This document shows positions 1 to 8,129 of a DNA stretch of 34,713 bases, in pieces. The DNA is taken from the IMG/VR virus record IMGVR_UViG_3300009488_000043, positions 1-34,713 of that record. One strand, 5' to 3'. The translations under genes were made by a program, and so were the position numbers. This stretch comes from a virus. Lineage: Duplodnaviria > Caudoviricetes. Each line of letters begins with the position of its first letter. Position 1 is the stretch's first letter. The notes beneath the pieces were generated by a model. That model ran no database searches and was not told the DNA's origin. It saw only the letters and a program-made list of their open reading frames with translations.

Positions 1-1
1 C

Positions 2-415
2 CTCGGCGTCAGCGTCGAGAACCAGGCCACAGCGGACGAGCGGCGCGAGTATCTGCGCCAATGCCCCGCCGCCGTCAAATACGTCTCTTACGAACCTGCC
101 CTCGGCCCCGTGGACTGGACGGGTTGGGAGTTCGTGTCGCAAATTATATCTGGGGGTGAGTCGGGGCCGGGCGCGAGGCCGTCACATCCTGATTGGCACA
201 GGGTAACGCGGGACTTTTGCCAGGAGAATGGGATTGCCTACTTTATGAAGCAGTGGGGACACTGGCAACCCGTCGATCAATCCAACGAGCTAGTACCAGG
301 CAATACACGAGAATACACTTGGGAGGATGGTACGATCTCGTTTGCTATTGGCAAGCATGCCGCCGGCCACCTGCTCGACGGTCGCACCTGGCAGGAGTTC
401 CCAAAATGTTCCTAA
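2..415 (+). CDS. DUF5131 / phage Gp37Gp68 family protein, 5'-truncated by the window edge
   Basis: Frame is open from base 2: LGVSVENQATADERR...YVSYEPALGPVD...IISGGESGPGARPSHPDW...FMKQWG...GHLLDGRTWQEFP, the characteristic C-terminal motifs of this family. Confidence 0.9.
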   Translation, partial: LGVSVENQATADERREYLRQCPAAVKYVSYEPALGPVDWTGWEFVSQIISGGESGPGARPSHPDWHRVTRDFCQENGIAYFMKQWGHWQPVDQSNELVPGNTREYTWEDGTISFAIGKHAAGHLLDGRTWQEFPKCS

Positions 416-654
416 CACCAGAGCAAACCGGCGGGCCGGGCATCTGGGCGCTGCGCCACCACACCCGCTATCTGGCGCTAGAATGGATGCCGGAAAAGGG
501 CGATGGAATATTTCGTGAATTCGACGTAGAGCAACTGGCGCTGGTGCTAGGCCAGGACGCCGGCGAGACGTGGCAGGAGCATGCTAGTCTAATCAAACTG
601 GCCTGCGTGGATGGAAGGTTATTTGAGTGGCTAGACGAAATAGGAGGTCTGTAA
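406..654 (+). CDS. hypothetical protein (82 aa, MFLTPEQ...)
   Basis: ATG at 406 preceded by AGGAG and overlapping the upstream gene end; its own 3' end carries the AGGAGG RBS of the next gene. Confidence 0.65.
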   Translation: MFLTPEQTGGPGIWALRHHTRYLALEWMPEKGDGIFREFDVEQLALVLGQDAGETWQEHASLIKLACVDGRLFEWLDEIGGL

Positions 655-655
655 A

Positions 656-829
656 ATGATAGATGCGATCGTATCAATCGTTTTCATCGGCGTGATCATC
701 TTCGTTGCCTTCGGCCTGACGTGGCTGGCCGTCGTGACGCTGGCCAACGCTAAGGTCGTCAGGCGGGAGCGGCGGTGCGAACCGCCCACGCAGCATCCGG
801 ATGATTCAAATTTTAAGAGAGGAGCATAA
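656..829 (+). CDS. small single-pass membrane protein (57 aa; absent from the ORF track)
   Basis: AGGAGG RBS; MIDAIVSIVFIGVIIFVAFGLTWLAVVTLANAKVVRRERR... hydrophobic stretch then basic residues; fills the gap between its neighbours. Confidence 0.7.
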   Translation: MIDAIVSIVFIGVIIFVAFGLTWLAVVTLANAKVVRRERRCEPPTQHPDDSNFKRGA

Positions 830-830
830 G

Positions 831-1280
831 ATGACGAGAATAAATTCATTAGGAACTATGGTATTGATATTCTGCATGATGATACTCGCCGGTGTCCTCG
901 CTCTCGTCATGCTAGGCAGTGCCAGTACTCTACCGGTTACTAGTGCCACAGTTCGCCAGGCAGCAGTTAGCATAGACTGGCTGCGCCCCGACCAGGTGAA
1001 CGTGCCGCGCGGGCTCAGTATCAGCACCCACGCTGCCGAGCATAATGGCGAGGTGGAGAGGCTGTATTGGCTGCTAGCGCAAGGCCAGTGTATGACAGCG
1101 GCAAAATTCTGCGGTGGGAGCGAAGTCGAGCGGTTGTATACTTGTGTCGATCCGATCACCGGCCTGGTTGGTGCTATACTGCAATTCGGCGACGAGATCA
1201 CCACGGGATACTTCGAGCGCGGCGGCTCTGACTATTGGGTAAAGCGCGTCGCACGTGAAAAATGGGAGGTGTGTAAATGA
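831..1280 (+). CDS. hypothetical membrane-anchored/secreted protein
   Basis: GAGGAG RBS before ATG 831; N-terminal hydrophobic helix; ATGA/TAA coupling to the next gene. Confidence 0.75.
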   Translation: MTRINSLGTMVLIFCMMILAGVLALVMLGSASTLPVTSATVRQAAVSIDWLRPDQVNVPRGLSISTHAAEHNGEVERLYWLLAQGQCMTAAKFCGGSEVERLYTCVDPITGLVGAILQFGDEITTGYFERGGSDYWVKRVAREKWEVCK

Positions 1281-1519
1281 CGAAATTAGGCGAAATGACC
1301 AACGACGAAATTCGGGAAGAGATTGAGGAGTGTTTCTATAGCATATACAAAGATGTGACAAACCGCTGTTATTCCAAGCACAGCATGACAGGTGTGCGCC
1401 ATCTCCAAGTTTTAGTCAGGCGAAATCTGGCCTACATCGACCGCGCACTGCTGGAGATTGAGGTTCAATCTACTCAGGCCGTGAGCACGAAAGAGACAGA
1501 TAAGGGTGAGATACTTTAA
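1277..1519 (+). CDS. hypothetical protein (80 aa)
   Basis: GGAGGTG RBS; start overlaps the upstream stop. Confidence 0.65.
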   Translation: MTKLGEMTNDEIREEIEECFYSIYKDVTNRCYSKHSMTGVRHLQVLVRRNLAYIDRALLEIEVQSTQAVSTKETDKGEIL

Positions 1520-1582
1520 TGGCGTATTAAGGTATCCTAGCACATCGCGATTCTTAGAAGGCGATAGGGGCGGAGGTAAAAA

Positions 1583-1816
1583 GTGGGAAAAAGCAAGATT
1601 GAGTGTAGCGATATTCTGGACTTGCTTGGCGGTGACAGTTTTTGTTGCATGCTAGAGGCGGGCCACGAAGGCCCGCACCGTGACGAATTCGAGCACGAAG
1701 GGAAATCAGTCATCATCGAGTGGCGCGATGCAGACAATAGCACCGCGACTATTGCCGATGACGAGCGCGGGTCTTTCCCTCGCCAGCCCGAAACGCCATC
1801 TTCCGAGGTAGTCTGA
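1583..1816 (+). CDS. small Cys/His-rich hypothetical protein
   Basis: GGAGGT RBS plus GTG start; C-x-L-x-x-GH-x-G-x-H putative metal-binding motif; 3' end overlaps the convergent gene. Confidence 0.55.
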   Translation: MGKSKIECSDILDLLGGDSFCCMLEAGHEGPHRDEFEHEGKSVIIEWRDADNSTATIADDERGSFPRQPETPSSEVV

Positions 1817-2155
1817 GGCCGAACCGAGATAGGCGCATACGGGCGTATCGGTACAGCCGCCCATCAGCGCATCCCTCACCGCCTCGAGGTGCTGCTCCCC
1901 TGGTCGCCGCCACCCGTGCCAGCGGCCAGGCCGCAGCCGCCACGGGTGATAGTTGCGCAATGTAACATCGCCGACGACGGTGCACGCAATCCACTCGTCG
2001 CACTCGCTGCAGTCGTGCACGGTCTCGCCGGCCACTATCCCGGCGGCGTCGTAGACCCAGCGTGGCGTGGCCCAGTCCGGTGATTGAGGCGGTAGAGCCG
2101 CGAGACAGGGCCCGGCGGCCAGGCCCGTGACGAGACAAGCGTGAAGGGCAATCAT
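1706..2155 (-). CDS. secreted Cys-rich protein, possibly a cell-wall-hydrolase-like lysis accessory
   Basis: ATG at 2155 coupled (ATGA) to the holin-like gene stop; hydrophobic N-terminus; 'AGIVAGE..C..C..WIACTV' loosely resembles the catalytic-Glu helix of SleB/Hydrolase_2 proteins. Confidence 0.55.
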   Translation of the reverse strand: MIALHACLVTGLAAGPCLAALPPQSPDWATPRWVYDAAGIVAGETVHDCSECDEWIACTVVGDVTLRNYHPWRLRPGRWHGWRRPGEQHLEAVRDALMGGCTDTPVCAYLGSASDYLGRWRFGLARERPALVIGNSRGAIVCIAPLDDD

Positions 2156-2379
2156 CGTAATAGCTGCACGGCCAGCATCAACAGCACCGGGATAGCAGCG
2201 CCCACGGCCCCCCACATGCCCGCCTTGACCTTGAGCGTCGCTACCTCGGTATGGATTTTACCGGTCTCTTTTCTCAGTGCTTCGTAGTTCGTGTTGAGCC
2301 GCTCCAGTTCTTTGAGCACAAAGATCTGCCATTGCTCCCAACTGTCCTCGGCGGCTCGCAGTTTCGGCGTCGATGTCAT
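2152..2379 (-). CDS. holin-like protein (coiled coil plus C-terminal transmembrane helix, XhlA-like architecture)
   Basis: Start MTSTPK at 2379 (TAATG overlap with the HNH stop, GAGG upstream); LKELERLN...EVATLKVK coiled coil then GMWGAVGAAIPVLLMLAVQLL; located in the lysis region. Confidence 0.65.
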   Translation of the reverse strand: MTSTPKLRAAEDSWEQWQIFVLKELERLNTNYEALRKETGKIHTEVATLKVKAGMWGAVGAAIPVLLMLAVQLLR

Positions 2380-3143
2380 TATCCTATCCTCAGCGAGGCG
2401 TCTACGGTATCTGGGTCGAGGTGCGCTTTCAGTAATTCCATCAATATCATCTCCCAATATTCACGATTAAAATTAGTAACACTATGGCAACTTGTGCATA
2501 GCGTGATACAATTCTCTGGTATGGTATTCTGCTTGTCATAGTCTATATGATGAACATATATACCGTATCTCTTGCAAATAATACACTTGTACTCATCGCG
2601 TTGTCTTATTTTGCGCTTGAAAGATGCGTTGAAGATTGCCGGGTAGGGCTCAAAAGACTTTCCTCCATGCCAATTCGGATTGTTGCTTCCCCAGAAATTA
2701 CGAGCCTTACAACCTGGCTGTTTCCATTTTAACTTTTTGCCCTCTGATAATGAACGGAATGGTATATCGTATTTCCTCATCCACCTCTCAATTGTACTGC
2801 CCGAACAGCCCATCAGTTCTGCTATTTCTGGTGTGCTGAGATGATTCGTATGATATTGTTCCATTAACCATTCATGTTCAATAATGAACCTTGGCTTGAA
2901 TCTGGTATCTCTTCCTGATAATCTCTTGCACTTACCTCCATGCCAATTCGGATTATTCTCACCGGATCTGTGTTGTAACCAGTATTCTGCAAGGCACACC
3001 GGAGAGCAAGTCAGGCGTACATATTGCGCAGGAGATTCAAATACCTCACCACAAATCACACAAATTGTCTTAACCGGAATAGTTCTTCCACCACGCCAAT
3101 TGGGATTATTAGCCCCTGCATAGCTTTGTCTGCTTTTAGACAC
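2379..3143 (-). CDS. HNH homing-type endonuclease with three GxNNPNW repeats, zinc ribbon and HTH
   Basis: C-terminal RQRDEYKCIIC...VHHIDYDKQN...NCITLCTSCH; GANNPNWRGG, GENNPNWHGG and GSNNPNWHGG; visibly AT-richer than its flanks; likely start GTG 3143 (TGGAG RBS) rather than 3203. Confidence 0.9.
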   Translation of the reverse strand: MSKSRQSYAGANNPNWRGGRTIPVKTICVICGEVFESPAQYVRLTCSPVCLAEYWLQHRSGENNPNWHGGKCKRLSGRDTRFKPRFIIEHEWLMEQYHTNHLSTPEIAELMGCSGSTIERWMRKYDIPFRSLSEGKKLKWKQPGCKARNFWGSNNPNWHGGKSFEPYPAIFNASFKRKIRQRDEYKCIICKRYGIYVHHIDYDKQNTIPENCITLCTSCHSVTNFNREYWEMILMELLKAHLDPDTVDASLRIG

Positions 3144-3148
3144 TGCAA

Positions 3149-3260
3149 CTCCAAAAGAGAGGCCCCCGCAGGCAGCGGTGTTGTTTGTCGGGACAACATC
3201 CATTAACCTTTGGGGGCCATGAAAGCAAAAACCCGCTTTGGACTAGGTTGTCCCGACAAC
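3149..3260 (-). promoter_or_regulatory. structured leader of the HNH gene (interleaved inverted repeats plus 5-codon uORF)
   Basis: 13-bp IR 3247-3259/3185-3197; 10-of-12 IR 3207-3218/3161-3172; uORF ATG GCC CCC AAA GGT TAA at 3220-3203. Confidence 0.6.
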
Positions 3261-3263
3261 TAT

Positions 3264-3291
3264 ATTATACTATGGTCTCATTTATTGTCAA
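3264..3291 (-). promoter_or_regulatory. sigma70-type promoter for the HNH gene
   Basis: TTGACA (3291-3286), 16-nt spacer, TATAAT (3269-3264); the -35 contains the endolysin TGA stop. Confidence 0.75.
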
Positions 3292-4088
3292 GTTTTGACT
3301 CGCAAGAGTCGCATGCCATACAAGGCCCTGCCTAAATCCCAACTGTCTTTAGCGTACCGTTCTAGGAGTTTCGTTCGTGTCCCATCCCACGGATCGGCTA
3401 TGACCAGGTCGTTACCGTCTGATGTAAGGCGCTCGGCAACAACGAAGTGTTGGTTGAATTTGGCCGTGGGAGGAACGAAGTCAACCTCAATTATCACCGG
3501 CCCCTTGCTCAGTTCAGCCTTGAACTTCTCCAAGTCCGCCGCCACCTTGTGCCATAGCACTGCGCCGTCATAGCGCATAGTTGGATAGGCGGCCGGTATT
3601 CCGTCTGGCCGCGTTAGCAGTGCGCCAGAGAAACAACCGGCCTCGCGCAGCTTGGCGGCCACTATCGGCGGTTCATCACCATAGCCCGCCAGGCTGAGTA
3701 TCATTGCAACGGCAGTGACATAGCAACCGGCAGCGGCAAAGGTGAGACCTCCAGCATAGATGAGATTGCGCCAGCGCGGATCGCGCTGAGAATAGAGCAT
3801 GACAGATTGCCCTAGCACTTCAAAGTAAGCCCGGCCCTCCAGCGTCAGCAGCGCAAAATCTGCGCCAGCCTCATTGAGGCAGTGCACGTCTGGCCCCGGC
3901 GTGCCGTCAACCCGCAGCACGTTCGCCGCCAGTTCAGCGTGCTCTGTTTTGAGATGCACCAACCCGCCGTTGAAATCTGCAAACAGTTCCTCGATAATAG
4001 TGCTTGTTGCCTGGGACTGTACTTGAGATGGTCTCAGTTTGTCAATAGTAGACTGGAACCATCTACCTAACAATTGCACTGTGTTCAT
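3288..4088 (-). CDS. endolysin, C39-like (papain-fold) peptidase
   Basis: YSQRDPRW...AAGCYVTAVAM (Cys), NQHFVV (His), IADPW (Asp); position between tail genes and the holin-like gene; GGAGG RBS. Confidence 0.85.
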   Translation of the reverse strand: MNTVQLLGRWFQSTIDKLRPSQVQSQATSTIIEELFADFNGGLVHLKTEHAELAANVLRVDGTPGPDVHCLNEAGADFALLTLEGRAYFEVLGQSVMLYSQRDPRWRNLIYAGGLTFAAAGCYVTAVAMILSLAGYGDEPPIVAAKLREAGCFSGALLTRPDGIPAAYPTMRYDGAVLWHKVAADLEKFKAELSKGPVIIEVDFVPPTAKFNQHFVVAERLTSDGNDLVIADPWDGTRTKLLERYAKDSWDLGRALYGMRLLRVKT

Positions 4089-4089
4089 T

Positions 4090-4875
4090 CTAACCTCCCT
4101 CTAACATTATCGCCGGCAAAAGCACCTGGTACGTCACGTCCCGCAGCGAAGCGTCATCGAGATAGACGTCGTCGTGTTTTAGCGGGTGACTTGCCTCAGA
4201 TTCAAAGAATACCGTGATGATACCCCCCTGCGCCCGGACGCGCCCTGTCCTCAGCGGTTCATCGCTGTAAACGCCGTATATCTCGCGCGCCTGGCCCCAC
4301 TCAACCGTGGAGGTTCGCGGGTCTGTGCCGCCGGTCGGGTCTATGCCGACTGATAGCCAATCCTGCGCCCAGATATCCCCTGGCTCAGGTTCTGGCGGCT
4401 CAAGCAATGTCACGCAATCATAATCATAAGGCACATCGTGCGGCCTGGTGCTGCAATTTGAGAACCAACTGTGAGCAAAAACGCTGAAAGCGTAGTAGCG
4501 CCCTTCCTCGACGGCTACCTGCTGATACAGCCCGCCCTGATGACACCGCCAGAACGTAAAGAACTTAGCTGCTTGCTCGCCACTGCGTACGCGAGTAGGA
4601 TCGGGAACTGGTCCAATGACCCGCACTTCAGGACGGCCCAGGCGGTAGTCTGGCGTGCCCGCGCAAAGAGGCCCTTCTATCCACCAAGCAGTCCACTCTA
4701 CCGGCGGAGTGATCTCGATGAACTGGTTGTGGAAAGGCCCGCCCTCGAGCGTCCAGTACGTCGTCTCCAGATGCCACCCCTCCTCGAAGCCGCTGTTCTC
4801 CAATGGCGGACTTGTCGGCGCAGCGGGCAAGAGTAGCACAACGGCGGCGGCAATTATCAGTGTTAAGTTACGCAT
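4090..4875 (-). CDS. secreted carbohydrate-binding-like (jelly-roll) protein with Chloroflexota-type C-terminal motif
   Basis: Signal peptide; LENSGFEEG start, GLYQQVAV, DVYLDDASL end typical of CBM4/9-like folds; C-terminal YQVLLPAIM. Confidence 0.7.
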   Translation of the reverse strand: MRNLTLIIAAAVVLLLPAAPTSPPLENSGFEEGWHLETTYWTLEGGPFHNQFIEITPPVEWTAWWIEGPLCAGTPDYRLGRPEVRVIGPVPDPTRVRSGEQAAKFFTFWRCHQGGLYQQVAVEEGRYYAFSVFAHSWFSNCSTRPHDVPYDYDCVTLLEPPEPEPGDIWAQDWLSVGIDPTGGTDPRTSTVEWGQAREIYGVYSDEPLRTGRVRAQGGIITVFFESEASHPLKHDDVYLDDASLRDVTYQVLLPAIMLEGG

Positions 4876-5095
4876 CTGTCTCCTCCTCCGGTTCTATCGG
4901 CATAGGTGCGGGTGGCGCAGGCCCTATTCTCACCTGCTCGTCGTAGCCCAGCACAAATGTCCCGCTCACGTTGGGTAACCATTTTGGCACGAAGGTCATG
5001 GTGCAATTGTATTTTCGTTTCAATTGTTCGAGCGCCTGCGAAAACGCTTTTCCGCGCTGCTGTATTTCTGACTCAATTGCCGTCATATTACTCAT
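4868..5095 (-). CDS. small hypothetical protein, possible tail fibre chaperone
   Basis: Directly downstream of the large fibre gene; AAGGAG RBS; overlaps the next start. Confidence 0.65.
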   Translation of the reverse strand: MSNMTAIESEIQQRGKAFSQALEQLKRKYNCTMTFVPKWLPNVSGTFVLGYDEQVRIGPAPPAPMPIEPEEETDA

Positions 5096-5108
5096 TGCTC
5101 ATTTCTCC

Positions 5109-8100
5109 TTACCATTCGAGATAGCTTCCCAATGCGTCGGCGTAGTTCCCGCCGGTGTCCTCCCGCATTAGTATGCGATAATAGTGGCCATCATCGAGAC
5201 TGACAGACGCGCTCAAGTGCTGGTAAGCGGCATTTGTCGTGACCAGAGTTGCCACTATGCCCGGATCTGTCATATCGTACAATCGAATCTGCGCCTCCGG
5301 GCCGCCGCCGGTACGTATCTTCAGCGTGGCGCGCCAAGTAGCGTTGCTGGTCGGATACTTGCTGTCATCGTAATAAAAATCTCCTGCCATGTCAGCCCAG
5401 CCTGTGCCAGCTGTACTCATCTTGCCGTCAAACGTAAAGGCGTACTGCCTATAAGCCTCGCTTCCCAGCCAATCGTCGAGCCCCTTCAGGTGCGCCGTCA
5501 GATCGTCCACACTGGCGGCCTCTGCTGGAGATGTGTCTGGCGTGTAGTTCGTCGGAGTATAGTCTATATCCAAGTGGTCGCCGTCTATCTGGTCGGCCCC
5601 GGCCCGTTCGTGGCGGGCGTCGTGATCAGATACGTCCACACCGTCCACGGTACCGACGCTCGTGATGTCATTGCCGCCCAGGGCGAGGTCGTCGCCGAGG
5701 GTGAGGCTGCCGGCCAGGTAGTTATTGACTGCACCGGCTTGATAGATGCCATAGTCGATATTAGTTGCACATGCTATGTAGAGGCCGTAGCCAGTTCCAA
5801 CCGGGTCTTGCTCTGCGTCCACGAGTATGTAGACACCGCAAACGTTCCCGCCGATGGAGGTCATTTCGGATTCTATGTCTACATTGACGTATAGACCGTA
5901 TGCACTGCCGGTCACTATGCCGGCATCCAAGTTCGTCTTGGCCTGGAGGCCTATAACTGCATCGGCTGCCGTTCCGCCGATCTGCCACACCTCGAAGTTG
6001 CCTCCGCGCAGATCTTCTTGTCCATCGCCAATGGTACCGGCGGTGAGTTTTGCAATGCCTTGAATCCCTGTGACGTGGCCCATGGTACTGTCGCCATCGT
6101 TCATCTCGGCATGAGAATATAGTCCGTAAAAGTCGTCCTCCTCACCAGACGCCCCAGCCGTCTTGATGTGATGACTCCGAATGCCTACGTATGCTGTTGC
6201 TGTATCGACTGTAGCATCGTATACATCGTGATGCGCCGCTGGTACTATCGTCCCGAGGCCGAGAAAGCCGCTACTCTTGAGCGTCATCGCATAGTTTCGG
6301 TTACCATCGGCATCCCACACCTGAAAGTCTATCCTGCCTGGAATGTCGTCCACGAAAGCGCCGTCGACGGCCATTGTGATGTCAGCGATGCGTTTGTAGA
6401 CAGTGCCGTTGTGGGCATTGGCGTTGAGCGAGCCGATGGGGTCTCCGTTCACTACGGCTGTCTCACTGCCAATGGTTCCCTGCGCGCAGTACAATTCCAC
6501 GTCGGCATCGTTGCTTCCCACCGATACGATTTGTAGTTCTACATTATCGTTACCCGTGAGTCTAATTGTATTTCCCAGAATATCCAATTCCGGCGTTCCT
6601 GGAATCCTCATGATGCCAATGTGGCCGTCACTACCTTGTACAAATAACGCATTCGGCTGCCCGACAGCCTCCCAGCGGTGATCCACGTCCGCCCCGCCCT
6701 CGTTGAATACGACGACCGGCTGTGTGTCGGTGCTCACGATGCGCATGTATTCGAGGCCATCGGCGTCTAGCAATTCCAATGCAATGGCGATGTTGTTGGG
6801 AACGGTGATCTCATTAGCGTCAGAGGCCCCCGCGAATGCTATGCCAGCCGCGAAACTAGTGTTGCCGCCAAAGCGGTTAGCAGCGGAACCACTCTGATAA
6901 ATACCGTAGTCCCAACCATCGGCTTCGTCCAGGTATATCCCGTAGACACTACCAACAGGATTTTCGTCAACATCCATCCAGATTTTGAGACCGTAGACAT
7001 TTCCTCCGATGGCAGTCATTGCGCCTTCTATGTCTACGGCGATGCGCAACCCCGCTACGTCCGCGCTAACTTCACCACCGTCCAGGTTTGCATACAGATA
7101 ACCGGCTCTCAGGTAGTTTGACACTATGCCGCCAGTCTGCTGTACCTCAGACCGCATTCCCTCAAGGTTCTCGACATCATCCCCTACGTTACCGTTAGCT
7201 AGTATAGTTAGGGCATATATTCCACGCAGATTGCCGATGGTTTCACCAGCGTCATTCATGTTGATCAGGTTGTAGATGCCATACACGTCGTCAGCCTCAG
7301 TCGCACTGGTCGCGTCGGTCACCGTATGAAGGACGCGGAGACCATAGAAGTCTTCCGTTATAGCCACTGTAGCATCGTAAATGTAGACGTGCTCCTGGTC
7401 TGGGGTCGCTATGCCGATACCGACATTGATTCCCGCCCCCGCGGGGTCAATTAGGAAGTAATCGTTGGCTGTATTGAGACGCAGGAACTCGGCCCCGTTT
7501 GTGATATCGAAGGCATCAACCAGGGCATCCGGTATTACAATCGAGTTGACGCCAGCGCCGCCCGCAAATGTGATGCCGTCGGCAAACGAGTGCCTGCCTG
7601 TCCACGCCGGCGTCTGATTCCAGGCGAAGCTGGTTGCGCCACTCACCAGCGCATAGCCAGCAGCAGCCGGGGGAGCAAGCACTGTCCAGTCCGATGCTGC
7701 CCCGCCGATAATCATCCTGCCCTCGGCATAGGAGTCCAGGTCTGTCAATGGCAAAGCACCGGTGTGGGGGCCAGTGGTAGCCAGTACGTGAGTTTCGCTG
7801 TGGTGATCGTCGGCGGAAACACCGGTCAATGCAGTGTCGTGAGAGATTTGCGCCCCGTCGCCTGCATCTCCTGTGTGGTCGTGATTGTGCAGCAAGGCCC
7901 ACGTCGGCGTGTAGGGATCTGCTCCCGTGATGAGCATCTGGTACTGCGCCGATGGTGCTGCCAGCAGTGACCAGGCTGGCGTTGCGTTAGAGATGAGCAT
8001 CTGGTTTTGTGCATTCGTGGCGGGCACGGTCGTACCACTGCCAACCACCGTTACCTCCTGAGCTTCGAGATCGGCGATGCGCAGCTTCATGTTCCGGTCT

Positions 8101-8129
8101 CGTCGCGCCAACCCTTCCAGGACAATCAT
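5109..8129 (-). CDS. tail fibre / receptor-binding protein (1006 aa)
   Basis: Follows the Gp37-like gene with ATGA overlap; N-terminal coiled coil (LRIADLEAQE); NVGIGIATP and FLGLGTIVP trimeric-fibre motifs; two ~175 aa YG-rich repeats. Confidence 0.8.
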   Translation of the reverse strand: MIVLEGLARRDRNMKLRIADLEAQEVTVVGSGTTVPATNAQNQMLISNATPAWSLLAAPSAQYQMLITGADPYTPTWALLHNHDHTGDAGDGAQISHDTALTGVSADDHHSETHVLATTGPHTGALPLTDLDSYAEGRMIIGGAASDWTVLAPPAAAGYALVSGATSFAWNQTPAWTGRHSFADGITFAGGAGVNSIVIPDALVDAFDITNGAEFLRLNTANDYFLIDPAGAGINVGIGIATPDQEHVYIYDATVAITEDFYGLRVLHTVTDATSATEADDVYGIYNLINMNDAGETIGNLRGIYALTILANGNVGDDVENLEGMRSEVQQTGGIVSNYLRAGYLYANLDGGEVSADVAGLRIAVDIEGAMTAIGGNVYGLKIWMDVDENPVGSVYGIYLDEADGWDYGIYQSGSAANRFGGNTSFAAGIAFAGASDANEITVPNNIAIALELLDADGLEYMRIVSTDTQPVVVFNEGGADVDHRWEAVGQPNALFVQGSDGHIGIMRIPGTPELDILGNTIRLTGNDNVELQIVSVGSNDADVELYCAQGTIGSETAVVNGDPIGSLNANAHNGTVYKRIADITMAVDGAFVDDIPGRIDFQVWDADGNRNYAMTLKSSGFLGLGTIVPAAHHDVYDATVDTATAYVGIRSHHIKTAGASGEEDDFYGLYSHAEMNDGDSTMGHVTGIQGIAKLTAGTIGDGQEDLRGGNFEVWQIGGTAADAVIGLQAKTNLDAGIVTGSAYGLYVNVDIESEMTSIGGNVCGVYILVDAEQDPVGTGYGLYIACATNIDYGIYQAGAVNNYLAGSLTLGDDLALGGNDITSVGTVDGVDVSDHDARHERAGADQIDGDHLDIDYTPTNYTPDTSPAEAASVDDLTAHLKGLDDWLGSEAYRQYAFTFDGKMSTAGTGWADMAGDFYYDDSKYPTSNATWRATLKIRTGGGPEAQIRLYDMTDPGIVATLVTTNAAYQHLSASVSLDDGHYYRILMREDTGGNYADALGSYLEW

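Noticed and set aside
1889-2083. Plus-strand 64-aa ORF
   Set aside because: Entirely antisense to the better-supported 1706..2155 gene
2379-3291. IscB/HEARO (OMEGA) system suggested by HNH plus upstream structured RNA
   Set aside because: No PLMP or split RuvC motifs, and the leader is only ~120 nt
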